NCBI GenBank assembly: GCA_963828255.1
Contig: CAWHDZ010000028.1
Coordinates: 8,489-72,488, forward strand
Origin: an uncultured delta proteobacterium
GTDB taxonomy: Bacteria > Myxococcota > Myxococcia > Myxococcales > Anaeromyxobacteraceae
Direction: 5' to 3'
DNA length: 64,000 nucleotides
The translations under genes and the position numbers were made by a program. The notes under the pieces were generated by a model. It saw only the letters and a list, made by a program, of their open reading frames with translations. It did no database searches and was not told the origin of the DNA. Positions 23,439-32,353 of the stretch are shown here, one piece after another; the first letter of the stretch is position 1; each line of letters starts with the position of its first letter.

Positions 23439-24293
23439 ATGAGTGCGCCCATGCCGCAGACGATCCGGGTGGCCCACAGCCCCGATTCCGACGACGCGTT
23501 CATGTTCTGCGGCCTCTTCAACGGAGCCGTGGGGGTCGACGGCCTCGCCTTCGTCCAGCAGACGGGCGACATCGAGTCGCTGAACCACGAGGCCCGCAAC
23601 GTCACCCACGACATCACCGCCATCTCGGTGGCCGCCTACGCCCACGTTCACGACCGGTACGTGCTCCTCGACGCCGGGGCCTCCTTCGGCGACGGCTACG
23701 GCCCCACCGTGATCGTGAGCCCGACCTCCCGCTTCCTCCGGCTGGAGGAGCTGGGACAGGCCCGCATCGCCGTGCCCGGGGAGTGGACCAGCGCCTACCT
23801 GGCCCTCCGCATGCGCATCCCCGGCTTCGACCCCATGTTCGTGGACTTCAAGGACGTGGGACGCATGGTGAAGATGGGCAAGGCCGAGGCCGGGCTGGTG
23901 ATCCACGAGGGGCAGCTCACCGCCCGCGAGGATGGGTTCCGCGTGCTCGAGGACCTGGGGGCGAGCTGGAAGGAGCGCACGGGCCTGCCGCTGCCGCTCG
24001 GCATGAACGCGCTGCGGCGCGACCTGCCCGATCCCCTGCGCCGAACGCTGGCCAGGGTCATGGCCGAGACCGTGGCCTGGGGGCTCGACCACCGCAAGGA
24101 GGCCCTCGACTACGCCATGGGCTTCGCCCGCGGCCTGGACCGCGAGAAGGCCGACCGGTTCGTGGGGATGTACGTGAACGAATGGACCCGCGACGCCGGG
24201 CCCAGGGGGAAGGAAGCTGTGCGCCTCTTCCTCTCCGAGGCCGCCGACCTCGGGCTCGTCCCACGGGTGACCCCGGAGTTCCAGGAGCGCTGA
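23439..24293 (+). CDS. mqnD: 1,4-dihydroxy-6-naphthoate synthase
   Basis: IRVAHSPDSDDAFMF, GASFGDGYGP, IHEGQLT, TGLPLPLG, FVGMYVNE; divergent from the mqn operon. Start could be 23451. Confidence 0.92.
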   Translation: MSAPMPQTIRVAHSPDSDDAFMFCGLFNGAVGVDGLAFVQQTGDIESLNHEARNVTHDITAISVAAYAHVHDRYVLLDAGASFGDGYGPTVIVSPTSRFLRLEELGQARIAVPGEWTSAYLALRMRIPGFDPMFVDFKDVGRMVKMGKAEAGLVIHEGQLTAREDGFRVLEDLGASWKERTGLPLPLGMNALRRDLPDPLRRTLARVMAETVAWGLDHRKEALDYAMGFARGLDREKADRFVGMYVNEWTRDAGPRGKEAVRLFLSEAADLGLVPRVTPEFQER

Positions 24294-24297
24294 TCCC

Positions 24298-24939
24298 GTG
24301 CCGGCCCTCGACCTCGCCCAGCCCTGGCGCAGCGACCGTCCCTGGGACCCGGCCGGGGAGCCCGGAGACCTGGACCGGCGGGGGCGGCGGGTGCTCTGGT
24401 GGGGGCTCGCCTCGGCGGCGGTGCTGCTCCCCTGGAACGCGCTCTCGGCGGGGCGCCCCGACCTGCTCTGGCCCGGGGTGGTGGCGGTGGCCGACCTCGT
24501 CCCGGCGGCGCTGCTCCTGCGCGGCGCCTGGATGCGCCGGGCCTGGCGCACCAGCGGTGCGCCCCGGCTCCGCTTCGACCGCTTCCCCTTCTTCCTCGGA
24601 GAGCCCTTCGAGGCGGTGCTGACGCTCGACGCCGCGGACGAGGGGAGGGGCGCGGTGGAGGTCACGCTGGCCTGCTCGGAGCGGCGGCGCGAGGACGGTG
24701 CGGCGGCATGGCCCGAGGTGGAGGTGTACCGGACGACCCAGGTGATCCTCCCGGCGGCGGAGACGGAGATCACCTTCGAGCTCCCCGGCGCCGGGCGGGA
24801 TCTCGGCACGGCGCTCCGCGCTCCGGAGGCCCGCCGCTGGGAGCTCCGGGTGCAGGGGCGGGGGGGCGCCCGGGCGCAGGCCATCTTCCCGGTGCCGGTC
24901 TACGCTCCGCCGGTGGACGGGGAAGACCGGCCCGGTTAA
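24298..24939 (+). CDS. Hypothetical membrane protein
   Basis: Two hydrophobic segments then a soluble domain ending FPVPVY; 4 nt after mqnD. Confidence 0.6.
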   Translation: MPALDLAQPWRSDRPWDPAGEPGDLDRRGRRVLWWGLASAAVLLPWNALSAGRPDLLWPGVVAVADLVPAALLLRGAWMRRAWRTSGAPRLRFDRFPFFLGEPFEAVLTLDAADEGRGAVEVTLACSERRREDGAAAWPEVEVYRTTQVILPAAETEITFELPGAGRDLGTALRAPEARRWELRVQGRGGARAQAIFPVPVYAPPVDGEDRPG

Positions 24940-24970
24940 CCCCACTGCTCCACCCCCGCGGGAGGAGCAC

Positions 24971-25531
24971 GTGGCCGACCTCGACGTCATCGGAATCGCA
25001 GGGAGCTTGCGCGCGGGCTCCCACAACCGCGCGCTCCTGCGCCTGGCCCGGGAGATCGCGCCGCCCGGGATGGCGGTCCGCGCATGGGAGGGGCTCGGGA
25101 CCGTTCCGTTCTACGACGGTGACCTGGAGGAAAGGGGCATCCCCGGTCCGGTCGCCTCGATGAACGAGGAGATCCAGCGCGCCGGGGCTGTGCTCGTCGT
25201 CACGCCCGAGTACAGCACGTCCGTCCCGGGGGTGCTCAAGAACGCGCTCGACTGGGCGGCGCGCCCCCCGGGCAAGTCGCCCTTCCGCGGCAAGGTCGTC
25301 GCCATCACCGGCGCGTCCCCCGGGGCGCTCGGCACGGCCCGCGCGCAGATGGACCTTCGCCGCATCCTCACCGCCATGGGCGCACTGGTGGTCCCTTCAC
25401 CCGAAGTGCTGGTCTCGCAGGCGCACCAGAAGCGGGACGCCACCGGCGCCTTCACCGACGAGGGGACGCGCAAGTTCCTGGGGAAGCTTCTCGAGGAGCT
25501 GGCGCGCTGGGCGGCGCGGTTCGCGGCGTAG
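24971..25531 (+). CDS. NADPH-dependent FMN reductase
   Basis: GSLRAGSHNR, VTPEY..SVPGVLKNALDW, GASPGALGTARAQ; GGAGGAG RBS. Confidence 0.92.
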   Translation: MADLDVIGIAGSLRAGSHNRALLRLAREIAPPGMAVRAWEGLGTVPFYDGDLEERGIPGPVASMNEEIQRAGAVLVVTPEYSTSVPGVLKNALDWAARPPGKSPFRGKVVAITGASPGALGTARAQMDLRRILTAMGALVVPSPEVLVSQAHQKRDATGAFTDEGTRKFLGKLLEELARWAARFAA

Positions 25532-25630
25532 CGCGGGGGGGACGGGGCCCACCGGTGGAGCGCGTGCTGGACCCGGATCGAGAGCGGGCGCACTATTGCC
25601 TGAAGCGGACCTGCGCGGAGGCGCCACGGA

Positions 25631-28492
25631 ATGTCAGGCGGGAAAGCCGAGCCAACGATGCCTCCGGACGCGGCGCGCAGCCCGTACCTGGCTGGACTCC
25701 TCTGGAGCGGCGGGGCCTGGGTGGATTCGATGTTCGAGGACACACCCGGCGGGCGGCGCCGGCTGGTGCTCGCCCTCTACGGGCTGGCTGGCCCTGTCTT
25801 CCTGGGCTCCCTGGTGATCCTCGGTTCCGGCCGGGGCGGCCCCGGCCCGATCGGCGTCATCGCCGCCCTGATCATCTCCGGCGCCATCTGGATGCTCGTG
25901 CGACGCAGGCCCAGGGTCAACGACTGGATCTTCACCGTCGCCGTCCTGCCAACCGTCTCCTGCGGGATCGCCTACGCGACGTCCGGCCTCACGGGGGTCG
26001 CCTACCTGGCCCTGCTCGGGGCCCCGCTGGCATGCGCCGCCGCGCTCTTCGAGCGCCCCGTCATGCTCGCCGCCCTCGCCACGGTCATTCCGACGGCGAT
26101 GGTGTCCCTGTCGTTCCAGCTGGGCGTGCCCGCGGCTGCGGTGAGCACGCTGCTGCTCGCACCGGCCGCCGCCATGACCGGCTGGGTGGTCCACTCCTCG
26201 GCCGTCCAGATCCGAAGCACGCGCCGGAGGCTTCGGGAGCTGGCCGGTCGGGACCGGGCGCTCCTCCGGAGCCTGCCCGACGTCCTGGTGCGCGCCGACC
26301 GCCTGGGACGGGTCCTCGACATTCACGTTCCGTCAATTGGCGGCCTGCCCTTGCCACGCGAGGATCTGATCGGACGAAACATCCTCGACCTGGTTCCTGG
26401 AGACGTGGCCGGGAGCATGCGGGATGCCCTGGGCAGGGCCGTGGAGGTCGATGAACCCCAGACCGTCGAGTACACCAGCCCCGGCCCGAAGGAGGAGCGC
26501 GTCTACGAGGCGACCCTCCTGCGCTCGAGCCCGGACGAGGTCACTCTCATTCGGAGGGACATGACCGAGCGCAGCCGCGCCGAGGAGGAGCGTCGCTTCT
26601 CGGCCGCGCTCCTGGGGAGCATGCAGGAAGCGGTCATCGCCGTCGACACCGGGCTGAAGGTGGCGTCCTGGACCGGGGGCGCCGAGCGAATCTACGGCTG
26701 GACCGAGGCCGAGGTGCTCGGGAAGCCGGTCGCGTCCTTCCTCCAGCCGGATCTCGCCGAGGCCGATGCGACGGCCTATGCGGCGCGCCTGGCAGTGAGG
26801 GGAACGGACCGCGCCGTTGTGGGACAGCGCCGGAAGGACGGAGCCTGGATCACCGTCGACTCGAACGTGGCCGTGCTCCACGACGCGGGAGGGAGGCCGA
26901 AAGGCTACCTGGCGGTCTGCCGGGACGTCACGGTCCAGAGGACCGCCGAGCGTGGGCTCAAGGAGAGCGAGGCGCGGCTTCGCGCCTACTTCCAGTCTCC
27001 GGCCGTCGGGATCGCCATCACGAGCCCGACGAAGGGATGGATGCAGGTCAACGACCGCGTGTGTTCGATGCTCGGGTACTCGCGAGAGGAGCTCACCGCC
27101 ACGACCTGGATGGAGTTGACCCATCCCGACGACAGGCCGGCCAACCTGGCCGTGTTCGACCAGCTCCTGGCCGGCGAGATCGATCGCTACTCCCTCGACA
27201 AGCGGTTCATCCGCAAGGATGGCACGATCCTCTGGACGCTGGTCTCCGCCAGCTGCGTCCGGGCGGAGGACCGAAGCGTCAGTTACGTGGTGTCCATCTT
27301 CCTGGACATCGACAGGAGGAAGGAGGCCGAGGGGGCGCTCCTGGAGAGCGGGCGATGGCTGCGCATGAGCCAGGACATCGCCCGGATCGGGCACTACGTG
27401 TACGATCTCGAGAAGGATCACTGGACCAGTTCCCCGGCCCTGGACGCCATCTTTGGCATCGACGCCTCCTTCCCCCGCAGGGCGGCGGACTGGATCTGGA
27501 TCGTCCATCCCGACGATCGGGAGGAGATGCGGACCTACCTGGCCGAGCTCCTCGCGAGCGGGACCCGGTTCGACAGGGAGTATCGGGTCGTGAACCAGGC
27601 CACCGGGGCGACGTGCTGGGTCCACGGACTGGGCGAGCTCCAGCGCGCCCCGGGCGGGGAACCGATCCGGCTCGTCGGGACGATCCAGGACGTCACCGCC
27701 CGCCGGACGGCCGAGGCCGAGCGCAACGCGCTGCAGGCGAAGCTGTCGCTCGCGGCTCGCCTCTCGGCAATGGGGACGCTGGTCGCGGGGGTCGCACACG
27801 AGATCAACAATCCGCTCGCCGCCCAGCTGGCGGGCCAGGGATACGCCCTCGATGTCGCCCGTGAGTCCCGGAGGAGGCTCGCTGCGCAGCCGCCGCCCCC
27901 ACCGGAGGACCAGGCGCGACTTCTCGGCGAGGTGATCGAGACGCTGGAGGACGCGCAGGCGGCCGGGATGCGCATCGCGCAGATCGTCAAGGACCTCTCG
28001 GCGTTCGGGCGTCCCAACCCGGCGAGGACCAGGGTCCGGCTCGCCGACGTCGTCGAGCAGGCCGTGAACTGGATGCCCGCCACCACCTTTCAGGCCGCCA
28101 CCGTCGACGTGGAGGACCTGGGTGCGCCGGACGTGCTCGCCTCGAGCAGCCAGGTCGAGCAGGTGGTCATCAACCTGGTGACCAACGCGGCAAGGGCCGT
28201 CCCCGAAGGAAGGAAGGGGAAGATCGTCATCCGACTCGGGACGAGCGGAACGGGCATGGCCCGCCTGGAGGTGATCGACGACGGCGTGGGGATTCCGGAG
28301 GCCATCCTCGATCGGATCTTCGAGCCCTTCTTCACGACCCGCCCGGTTGGAGACGGGCGCGGGATCGGGATCGGCCTGGCCATCAGCCATTCCATCGTGG
28401 AAGCCCACGGGGGAGCGGTGACCGTCACGAGCGAGGTCGGCAAGGGCTCCACGTTCCGGGTCGAACTGCCTGCCGCCGGCGACCCGGCCTGA
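25631..28492 (+). CDS. Membrane-bound multi-PAS sensor histidine kinase
   Basis: About 6 TM helices, four PAS/PAC-like segments, H-box AGVAHEINNPL, N box NLVTNA, DDGVGI, FEPFFTT, GIGLAI. Start uncertain (25631 or 25658). Confidence 0.92.
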   Translation: MSGGKAEPTMPPDAARSPYLAGLLWSGGAWVDSMFEDTPGGRRRLVLALYGLAGPVFLGSLVILGSGRGGPGPIGVIAALIISGAIWMLVRRRPRVNDWIFTVAVLPTVSCGIAYATSGLTGVAYLALLGAPLACAAALFERPVMLAALATVIPTAMVSLSFQLGVPAAAVSTLLLAPAAAMTGWVVHSSAVQIRSTRRRLRELAGRDRALLRSLPDVLVRADRLGRVLDIHVPSIGGLPLPREDLIGRNILDLVPGDVAGSMRDALGRAVEVDEPQTVEYTSPGPKEERVYEATLLRSSPDEVTLIRRDMTERSRAEEERRFSAALLGSMQEAVIAVDTGLKVASWTGGAERIYGWTEAEVLGKPVASFLQPDLAEADATAYAARLAVRGTDRAVVGQRRKDGAWITVDSNVAVLHDAGGRPKGYLAVCRDVTVQRTAERGLKESEARLRAYFQSPAVGIAITSPTKGWMQVNDRVCSMLGYSREELTATTWMELTHPDDRPANLAVFDQLLAGEIDRYSLDKRFIRKDGTILWTLVSASCVRAEDRSVSYVVSIFLDIDRRKEAEGALLESGRWLRMSQDIARIGHYVYDLEKDHWTSSPALDAIFGIDASFPRRAADWIWIVHPDDREEMRTYLAELLASGTRFDREYRVVNQATGATCWVHGLGELQRAPGGEPIRLVGTIQDVTARRTAEAERNALQAKLSLAARLSAMGTLVAGVAHEINNPLAAQLAGQGYALDVARESRRRLAAQPPPPPEDQARLLGEVIETLEDAQAAGMRIAQIVKDLSAFGRPNPARTRVRLADVVEQAVNWMPATTFQAATVDVEDLGAPDVLASSSQVEQVVINLVTNAARAVPEGRKGKIVIRLGTSGTGMARLEVIDDGVGIPEAILDRIFEPFFTTRPVGDGRGIGIGLAISHSIVEAHGGAVTVTSEVGKGSTFRVELPAAGDPA

Positions 28493-28535
28493 GACCGGGT
28501 GCGGGGTCCCGGAGGCGCCGCCTCCCGCCAGGCCT

Positions 28536-29435
28536 TCACCTGCCCAGGAGCAGGGGCAGCTTCACGCGGACGTTCTCGCCCCCGCTCTCCGGGAAGGCCA
28601 TCCGCGTGGCTTGCCTCTTCACGCAGGCGCCCAGGGCGGTCCCGTTGAGCTGGGCGTCGTCGAGCGTGGGATAGATCACGTTGCCGGTCGGTCGGACCGT
28701 CATGGTCACCACGACCGGCCGGGGATTCGCGAGCAGGTCCGGCTCGTCGCGGCGCGCGTCCGCCACGCAGCCGTCGAAGCTCCCGGTGTGCAGCGCGAGC
28801 GTGGCCTGGATCTGCTGCTCGTCGCGCGGAGGGAGATCGGGTCGGGGCGCAACGGGCGCCGTGGCCGCCGGCTGCGGCGCCGGCTTGCTCACCGGCACGG
28901 GAGCCGGAGGGCTCGTCGCGGGAGCCGCGGCGGCAGTCTTCGGGGGCGCGCGCGTCTTCCCGTCAGCAAGCTTCACCGGTGGCGAGGGGGGCGGGGCTTC
29001 CACCTTGGCCTCCACGGGCGCGGCGGGCGCCGCCACGATCGGGGCCGGTGGCTCCGAGGGTGCAGGGGCCGCCGGGACGGGCGCGGGTGAGGTCTCGGGA
29101 CGGCGAACCGCCTGCGGCGGCACGCGCGGGCTCGGGGAGGTGGCGAGGTACCAGGCGCTCCCGCCGATCGCGGCGAGGATGACCACGCCGACGAGGGCGA
29201 GCGGCCCCGCCCCGCGCTTCCGGGGGGCGGGAGGGGCCTCGGCGACCATCAGGGGCTCGCTGGCAGGGTCCGGACCGGCGACCGCCCCGGGTTCAGCCGG
29301 GTTGGGGGTCGGCGAGGGCGTCCCCTCCACCGAGATGATCTGGCCGCAGCGCCGGCACGGCATCTTGAAGGAGCGCCCCTGGATCCGGTCGTCCGCCACG
29401 TAGGCCCGGCCGCAGTTGCCGCAGGTGAATCGCAC
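28536..29435 (-). CDS. Zinc-ribbon (MJ0042-like) / TM / Pro-rich linker / AgmX-PglI-type C-terminal domain protein
   Basis: MRFTCGNCGRAY...CRRCG, single TM helix, Pro/Ala linker, C-terminal domain with two Cys (FDGCV...LGACV...FP). Confidence 0.8.
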   Translation of the reverse strand: MRFTCGNCGRAYVADDRIQGRSFKMPCRRCGQIISVEGTPSPTPNPAEPGAVAGPDPASEPLMVAEAPPAPRKRGAGPLALVGVVILAAIGGSAWYLATSPSPRVPPQAVRRPETSPAPVPAAPAPSEPPAPIVAAPAAPVEAKVEAPPPSPPVKLADGKTRAPPKTAAAAPATSPPAPVPVSKPAPQPAATAPVAPRPDLPPRDEQQIQATLALHTGSFDGCVADARRDEPDLLANPRPVVVTMTVRPTGNVIYPTLDDAQLNGTALGACVKRQATRMAFPESGGENVRVKLPLLLGR

Positions 29436-29690
29436 GGCGCCATCCTACGTTCGGGCGGAAGGAGGTGGCAAGGATGCTCCCCGGCGCCCCGGGGCAAGCC
29501 GCGGGAGGGAGTCAGCGACCCTTTACCTTCGATCGAACCGGCCGGGCCCTTCGCGCCCACCCGTCCCCACTTACACCTACAGTGAAGTTTCTCGCGCGTG
29601 GCCGGGCTCGGGACCTTGCCGGGCCGCGCGGACCGTGAGAAAGCTGCAATGCAACCCCGGTCGCGTCTCGACGCGTGGAGGACGGCACGA

Positions 29691-30746
29691 ATGGCGTGGG
29701 CGAAGATCCTCGTGTCGGTGGCATGCGCCGCGGCGCTGGCGCTGCCTGGCCCGGCGGCGGGCGCGCCGTCCGCGGAGCCGAAGGCGCTCAAGAAGCACAC
29801 GTTCAAGGTGAACCCGGGCCCCCTGCCCGCCAAGGAGAAGGCGGCCTGGAGCCACGCACCCTTCGAGGCGGGCGACTGCACCATCTGCCACGCCAGCGCG
29901 GATCCGAAGAACCCCGGCCCGGTCACGACGAGCGGCAACGCGCTCTGCTACTCCTGCCACGACGAGTTCCAGGAGATCATGAAGCGCCCGTACCAGCACC
30001 CGCCCGCCGTGGAGAGCTGCCTCAACTGCCACAACGCGCACAACTCCCGGGAGCGAGGGCTCCTCCATACCGAGCTGGCCACGGGCTGCAAGGACTGCCA
30101 CCGGCAGATCAAGGAGATCGCCGAGAACTCGAGGGTGAAGCACGGCGCCCTCGACCAGGGCGCGAAGTGCGCCAACTGCCACAACCCCCACGGAACCTCG
30201 GTGGAGAAGCTGCTCATCCAGCTCCCCTACGACCAGTGCGTGAACTGCCACGGGGTGGACGACATGAAGGACCACGAGGGGGTCGTCCTCACGAACTACA
30301 AGAAGTGGCTGGAGGAGAACAAGGTCAAGCACGCGCCGGTGCAGGCCAAGGACTGCTCCGCCTGCCACCGGACGCACGGCGGCGAGAACTTCCGCCTGCT
30401 GATCGCCGAGTACCCGGCCACCTTCTACTCGGCGTACGACCGCAAGAACTACGCGCTGTGCTTCAGCTGCCACAACGAGAAGGTGGTGAGCGAGCCGGAG
30501 ACGCGCACGCTCACCAACTTCCGCGACGGCTCCCGCAACCTGCATTTCCTCCACGTGAACAAGGCCGACCGCGGCCGCGCCTGCCGGGCCTGCCACGAGG
30601 TGCACGCCTCCCGGCAGCCCCTCCACGTGCGCGACGGAGTCCCCTACGGCCCCACCGGCTGGGTCCTCAAGATCAACTACACGAAGACCCCCACCGGCGG
30701 GCAGTGCGCCAGGACCTGCCACGACACCAAGAGCTACGAGAGGTAG
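29691..30746 (+). CDS. Periplasmic multiheme cytochrome c (9 CxxCH + 1 CxxxCH)
   Basis: GGAGGA RBS, signal peptide; CTICH, CYSCH, CLNCH, CKDCH, CANCH, CVNCH, CSACH, CFSCH, CRACH and terminal CARTCH. Confidence 0.92.
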   Translation: MAWAKILVSVACAAALALPGPAAGAPSAEPKALKKHTFKVNPGPLPAKEKAAWSHAPFEAGDCTICHASADPKNPGPVTTSGNALCYSCHDEFQEIMKRPYQHPPAVESCLNCHNAHNSRERGLLHTELATGCKDCHRQIKEIAENSRVKHGALDQGAKCANCHNPHGTSVEKLLIQLPYDQCVNCHGVDDMKDHEGVVLTNYKKWLEENKVKHAPVQAKDCSACHRTHGGENFRLLIAEYPATFYSAYDRKNYALCFSCHNEKVVSEPETRTLTNFRDGSRNLHFLHVNKADRGRACRACHEVHASRQPLHVRDGVPYGPTGWVLKINYTKTPTGGQCARTCHDTKSYER

Positions 30747-30752
30747 CGGCGG

Positions 30753-31600
30753 ATGGGCGGCCAGGCGAGGCGACGGCTGATCCTGGGGGTCCTCGGGGGG
30801 CGCTCTCCGGCGCGCTCTGGCCGCTCACCGGCTCGGCCTTCGCCAACGTCGAGGTGGGGCAGCGGGTCGAGAACGTGGAGCTTGCGACCCTCGACGGACG
30901 CCGCGAGATGCTCCTGTCCGGAAAGGCGCTCGCCAACGTCCTCGTCTTCTTCCGGCCCGGCCATGATCGGTCGCTCGACACGCTGAAGGCGATGGCCGTC
31001 TGCGAGAAGGAGTTCACCGCGAAGCCGGTGCGCTGGGTGGCCATCGTCTCCGGCAGCCACGCGCGCGACGAGCTGAGGGCGTTCGTGGCCGAGTCGGGCA
31101 TCCTCATGCCGGTCCTGCTCGACGAGGGGGACGCCCTCTACGGCAAGCTGGGCGTGCGGTTGCACCCGGTGATCGGCATCGCCGACGAGACGGGGGCGCT
31201 GCGCGACTACGTGCCGTACCACCGGATCAACTACTGCGACATGATCCGGGTGCGGATCCGCTACGCGCTGCACGAGGTGGACCTGGCGGCGGTCGAGCGG
31301 GTGGACCAGCCGCCGAAGGCCCTCTTCCCCAGCGCGGTGCCGGGCGCCGTGGCGGGGCGGCGCGTGAAGCTCGGGGAGATGTTCCTGGAATCCAGGCAGT
31401 GGACCAAGGCCGCGGAGCAGGCGCGCATCGCGATGGAGAAGGAGCCCGGGCTGGCCGCGGCCCACGTCCTCCTGGGCCAGGCGCTTTCCGGGCAGGGGAA
31501 GTGCCGGCAGGCCCTGCCCGCCTTCGACAGGGCGTTGAAGCTCGACCCGGGGAGCGCGTCTGCCGCCGAGGGCAGGCGCGGCTGCGAGGGGAAGAAATGA
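30753..31600 (+). CDS. Exported thioredoxin-fold (redoxin-like) + TPR protein with an apparent frameshift at G6 (30795-30800)
   Basis: ATG 30753 gives MGGQARRRLILGVLGG; the rest of the signal peptide (ALSGALWPLTGSAFA) and the protein body continue in another frame; C-terminal TPRs (AAAHVLLGQALSGQGKCRQALPAFDRALKLDP). Confidence 0.75.
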
Positions 31601-32337
31601 CGGCGAATGCGGGAATGCTGTTCGCGCTGGCGGCCGCGCTGCTCGGGGCGCCGGCCGCGGCCACGGGGCACGTCGAGGCCGGGACCGTGGTGGAGGGCGC
31701 CGACCTCCCGACCCTTTCGGGCGGCCGGGATGCGCTGCTCGTCCCGGGGAAGGTCAACGTGCTGGTCTTCTTCCGCCCCGACCAGGACCGCTCGGCGGAC
31801 ACCCTGCAAAGGCTCGCCCAGTGCGAGCCCCTCCTCGCGGGCAAGCCGGTCCACACGGTGGGCGTGGTGCCGGCGAGTGCGCCGCGCGAAAGGGTGCAGG
31901 CGATGGTGGCCGGGTCGCGGGTGAAGTCGCCGATCCTGCTCGACGAGGGGGACCGGGTCTACGGCCGCCTGGAGCTGCGGCAGCACCCGGTCATCGTCAT
32001 CGTGGCCGCGGACGGGAAGGTCCACGCGGTCGAGCCCTACCAGCGGCTGCGCTACTGCGAGATCGTCCGGGCGCGGGTGGGGCTCCTGCTCGGCGAGATC
32101 GATCAGGCGGCGGTCGATCGCATCGTGAACCCGGAGCGGGCCGCCTTTCCCAACGAGGTGGGCGGCGGGAGCGCGGCGCGCTACGTGAAGATGGGCGACC
32201 AGGAGCGGGCCAAGGGCAACTGCAAGCTCGCCATCAAGGCCTACGACGACGCCCTCCGGCGCGATCCGCTGAACGCGAAGGCGGTGGAGGGGCGGATGAG
32301 GTGCGGCGGCGCCGCGCCCCAGCCGCCGAAGCGGTAG
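31597..32337 (+). CDS. Exported thioredoxin-fold + TPR protein, paralog of the upstream gene
   Basis: ATGA overlap; signal peptide; shares LVFFRP..DRS.DTL, LLDEGD..YG.L, HPVI and YC motifs with the upstream gene. Confidence 0.8.
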   Translation: MTANAGMLFALAAALLGAPAAATGHVEAGTVVEGADLPTLSGGRDALLVPGKVNVLVFFRPDQDRSADTLQRLAQCEPLLAGKPVHTVGVVPASAPRERVQAMVAGSRVKSPILLDEGDRVYGRLELRQHPVIVIVAADGKVHAVEPYQRLRYCEIVRARVGLLLGEIDQAAVDRIVNPERAAFPNEVGGGSAARYVKMGDQERAKGNCKLAIKAYDDALRRDPLNAKAVEGRMRCGGAAPQPPKR

Positions 32338-32353
32338 GGGGCCCGTTCCGAGA

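Noticed and set aside
28850..29120. Pro/Ala-rich repetitive-looking stretch
   Set aside because: Ordinary low-complexity linker of the zinc-ribbon/AgmX-type protein, not a DNA repeat.
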